Source: a bacterium (lineage in GTDB: Bacteria > SAR324 > NAC60-12). From it: a DNA stretch of 12,238 nucleotides. The position numbers were made by a program, and so were the translations under genes. The DNA is taken from the NCBI GenBank assembly GCA_965233585.1, contig CBDDTI010000673.1, positions 1 to 12,238 on the forward strand, read 5' to 3'. Numbering within the stretch: position 1 is the first letter of the stretch; the number at the start of each line of letters is the position of its first letter. Below, piece after piece: positions 10,683 to 12,238 of this stretch. The notes below the pieces were generated by a model. That model was not told the DNA's origin. It made no database searches and saw only the letters and a list, made by a program, of their open reading frames with translations.

Positions 10683-10775
10683 CCCTTTCAAGCCCACAGT
10701 GACTTAATAGATTTTACTCTGTCTAACGCCAGACAACTTTACTCGTGAAAGGGAGACGCCTTGGGAGCGAAAGGG
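10683..10775. mobile_element. Tiny piggyBac-like MITE, 93 bp
   Basis: Termini CCCTTTC...GAAAGGG, right flank TTAA, left flank CCAA (possibly a mutated TTAA). Confidence 0.55.
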
Positions 10776-11160
10776 TTAACCTACAACGATGCAGGATTGA
10801 GTTTATTAGGATATGAGAAGATGAGATGTATTTAAACCAAATCGAACCTTGTAGGGACCTTTCGCTACACCTCGGCGGCATATCAGCGGTCGATCCATGG
10901 TTTGTATTTTAAAAGTACAATTGCAATACCCATGACGAGACCAAGCAAACCTGATATATCACCAACGCTTACCAAAATGGCACGATTATGTATTTACTGT
11001 ACCCAAATTTGGCCAAAAATATGCAGCCACAAATCCGGGTATGGCTCTCCTATATTTAAGGCATATGGCTAACCTGCCATGTAACGTAATGCTAAACATG
11101 TTAATTGTGCCCCTGCTTCCTTAGGTCAAGTTCATAACAAAGTTTGTCGATATCACCTAC

Positions 11161-11469
11161 CAGGCTGTACGAATTCTTTTATCCAGTCGAAGCCTGGGCT
11201 TTCATTGGACAAAACAATTCTGGGAACCAGTCTCTCTTCGAGAAGCTTCTTATAAAATGCGGCCCACAGTTCGTCAGTGACGTAATCGTGGCCACTGGTG
11301 TGCAGTCCATACAAGTACATGCCAGCTTCAAAAAGCTTCACTTCAACATTTTCGATCTCCTCTCTGCGGCCAGGCTTCTCCTCCTTGAAAACTGTCAAGA
11401 TCCTGTTGTCCACGGATAAGGCACAAAGTACAGGTTTCTCAGAGTGGAAACCATTTGGAGCGTAACATC
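11161..11469 (-). CDS. Gene A internal exon (upstream exons lie beyond or unseen)
   Basis: Acceptor ttttcatcgtttctatttaag|GA and donor CTG|gtaggt. 309 bp, phase 1 to 1: CYAPNGFHSEKPVLCALSVDNRILTVFKEEKPGRREEIENVEVKLFEAGMYLYGLHTSGHDYVTDELWAAFYKKLLEERLVPRIVLSNESPGFDWIKEFVQP. Confidence 0.88.
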
Positions 11470-11568
11470 CTTAAATAGAAACGATGAAAAGTAATATGAG
11501 TGTACTACATTAGCAAACATTCAATATGCTTGACGACATTCAAGTTAGTGACTCGTTATTGTTAAGAG

Positions 11569-11760
11569 AATAGGAACCTTTAGATTGGACTAGGAGTACG
11601 AGATTGAGTACGGGTACGATTTTTGAATTTCAAACCAGTGACGTTTTCATAGCCCTTGCTCTTCATGCTGGTTTTGTGTAGCTAGAGAGGTTACTTCATG
11701 GGATGAAAGTCGTTTTCTTACTCGATGTCGTACTCGTACTCAAATTTTAAGTCTCCTATT
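11569..11760. mobile_element. Degenerate MITE with (GAGTAC)n subterminal repeats
   Basis: AATAGGA... / ...TCCTATT inverted ends. gagtacgag...gagtacgggtac on the left is mirrored by gtcgtactcgtactc on the right. Confidence 0.65.
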
Positions 11761-11867
11761 AACCCGAGGAAACTACATACGCTGTCATGCTGTGTAAGTG
11801 GTACAGACCAATCGGGTACGAGATTGTTTTCAAAAAAGTTTCAGTCATAGTTTTAATGCAGGTACAG

Positions 11868-12040
11868 GTCAAACTGAATTTGGAAATGTTGGTGTTTCAG
11901 GCGGAAGCCAAACCAGAGAGCTGGGAGAGAAATCCTCGGAGCAAGGCAAGATCCAACATGAAACTCACCCCACATATGACAGCAGGCTGGAATTAAACCC
12001 GGACCAAACTAGCCTCCTTGAGAGCAGGGATGGCACCATA
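11868..12040 (-). mobile_element. Decayed tRNA-derived SINE
   Basis: gaatttggaaatgttgg...cctcggagcaagg...aactcaccccacatatgac...ggaattaaacccggacc resembles the reverse complement of an abundant cnidarian SINE as I recall it (not searched). Degenerate B box GGTTTAATTCC on the minus strand. Boundaries approximate. Confidence 0.65.
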
Positions 12041-12238
12041 GGTTTCATAAAACTATAATTCAGTGTTCAGTGGAAAAGCATTCGTGTGCTAAGCACAAGG
12101 TGAAAGTAACAACTCAACTTTCACAATTTTTTTTGCACTTTGTTAATCCCTGGGATTAACGTTAGAACCTTAACGAAGCCGTTTGTATCATGCAGCAGAT
12201 TAGAGGATGAATGAAGGCCTATCTGTTCTATCTTCTTT

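Noticed and set aside
10852..10880. tagggacctttcgc, resembling a MITE terminus
   Set aside because: No partner inverted end was found nearby.

Overview
AT-rich, intron-containing animal DNA. The repeat types resemble those of anthozoan (probably coral) genomes, which is inference from pattern recognition only. It holds three phase-compatible minus-strand exons of an unidentified gene (11469-11161, 10373-10195, 5019-4690) and the 5' end of a second minus-strand gene that appears frameshifted and has type II membrane topology (301-1). There is also an isolated DIRS/Ngaro-type reverse transcriptase fragment. A ~5.2 kb intron (5020-10194) is almost entirely mobile DNA: a hAT-like MITE with a 5-bp TSD, a Penelope GIY-YIG remnant ending in a hammerhead-like motif, a LINE fragment, two Harbinger-like MITEs and three non-coding foldback elements. 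The foldback elements (P1 ~7637-8394, P2 ~8463-9669, P3 ~9663-10159) are the strongest signal. They differ in sequence but share one design: a ~150-175 nt 5' hairpin with a GNA triloop and repeated tandem GA/GA mismatches that fold only on the + strand, plus an internal segment complementary to the element's joined 3'-5' ends. This suggests a single-stranded dumbbell/circle transposition intermediate.
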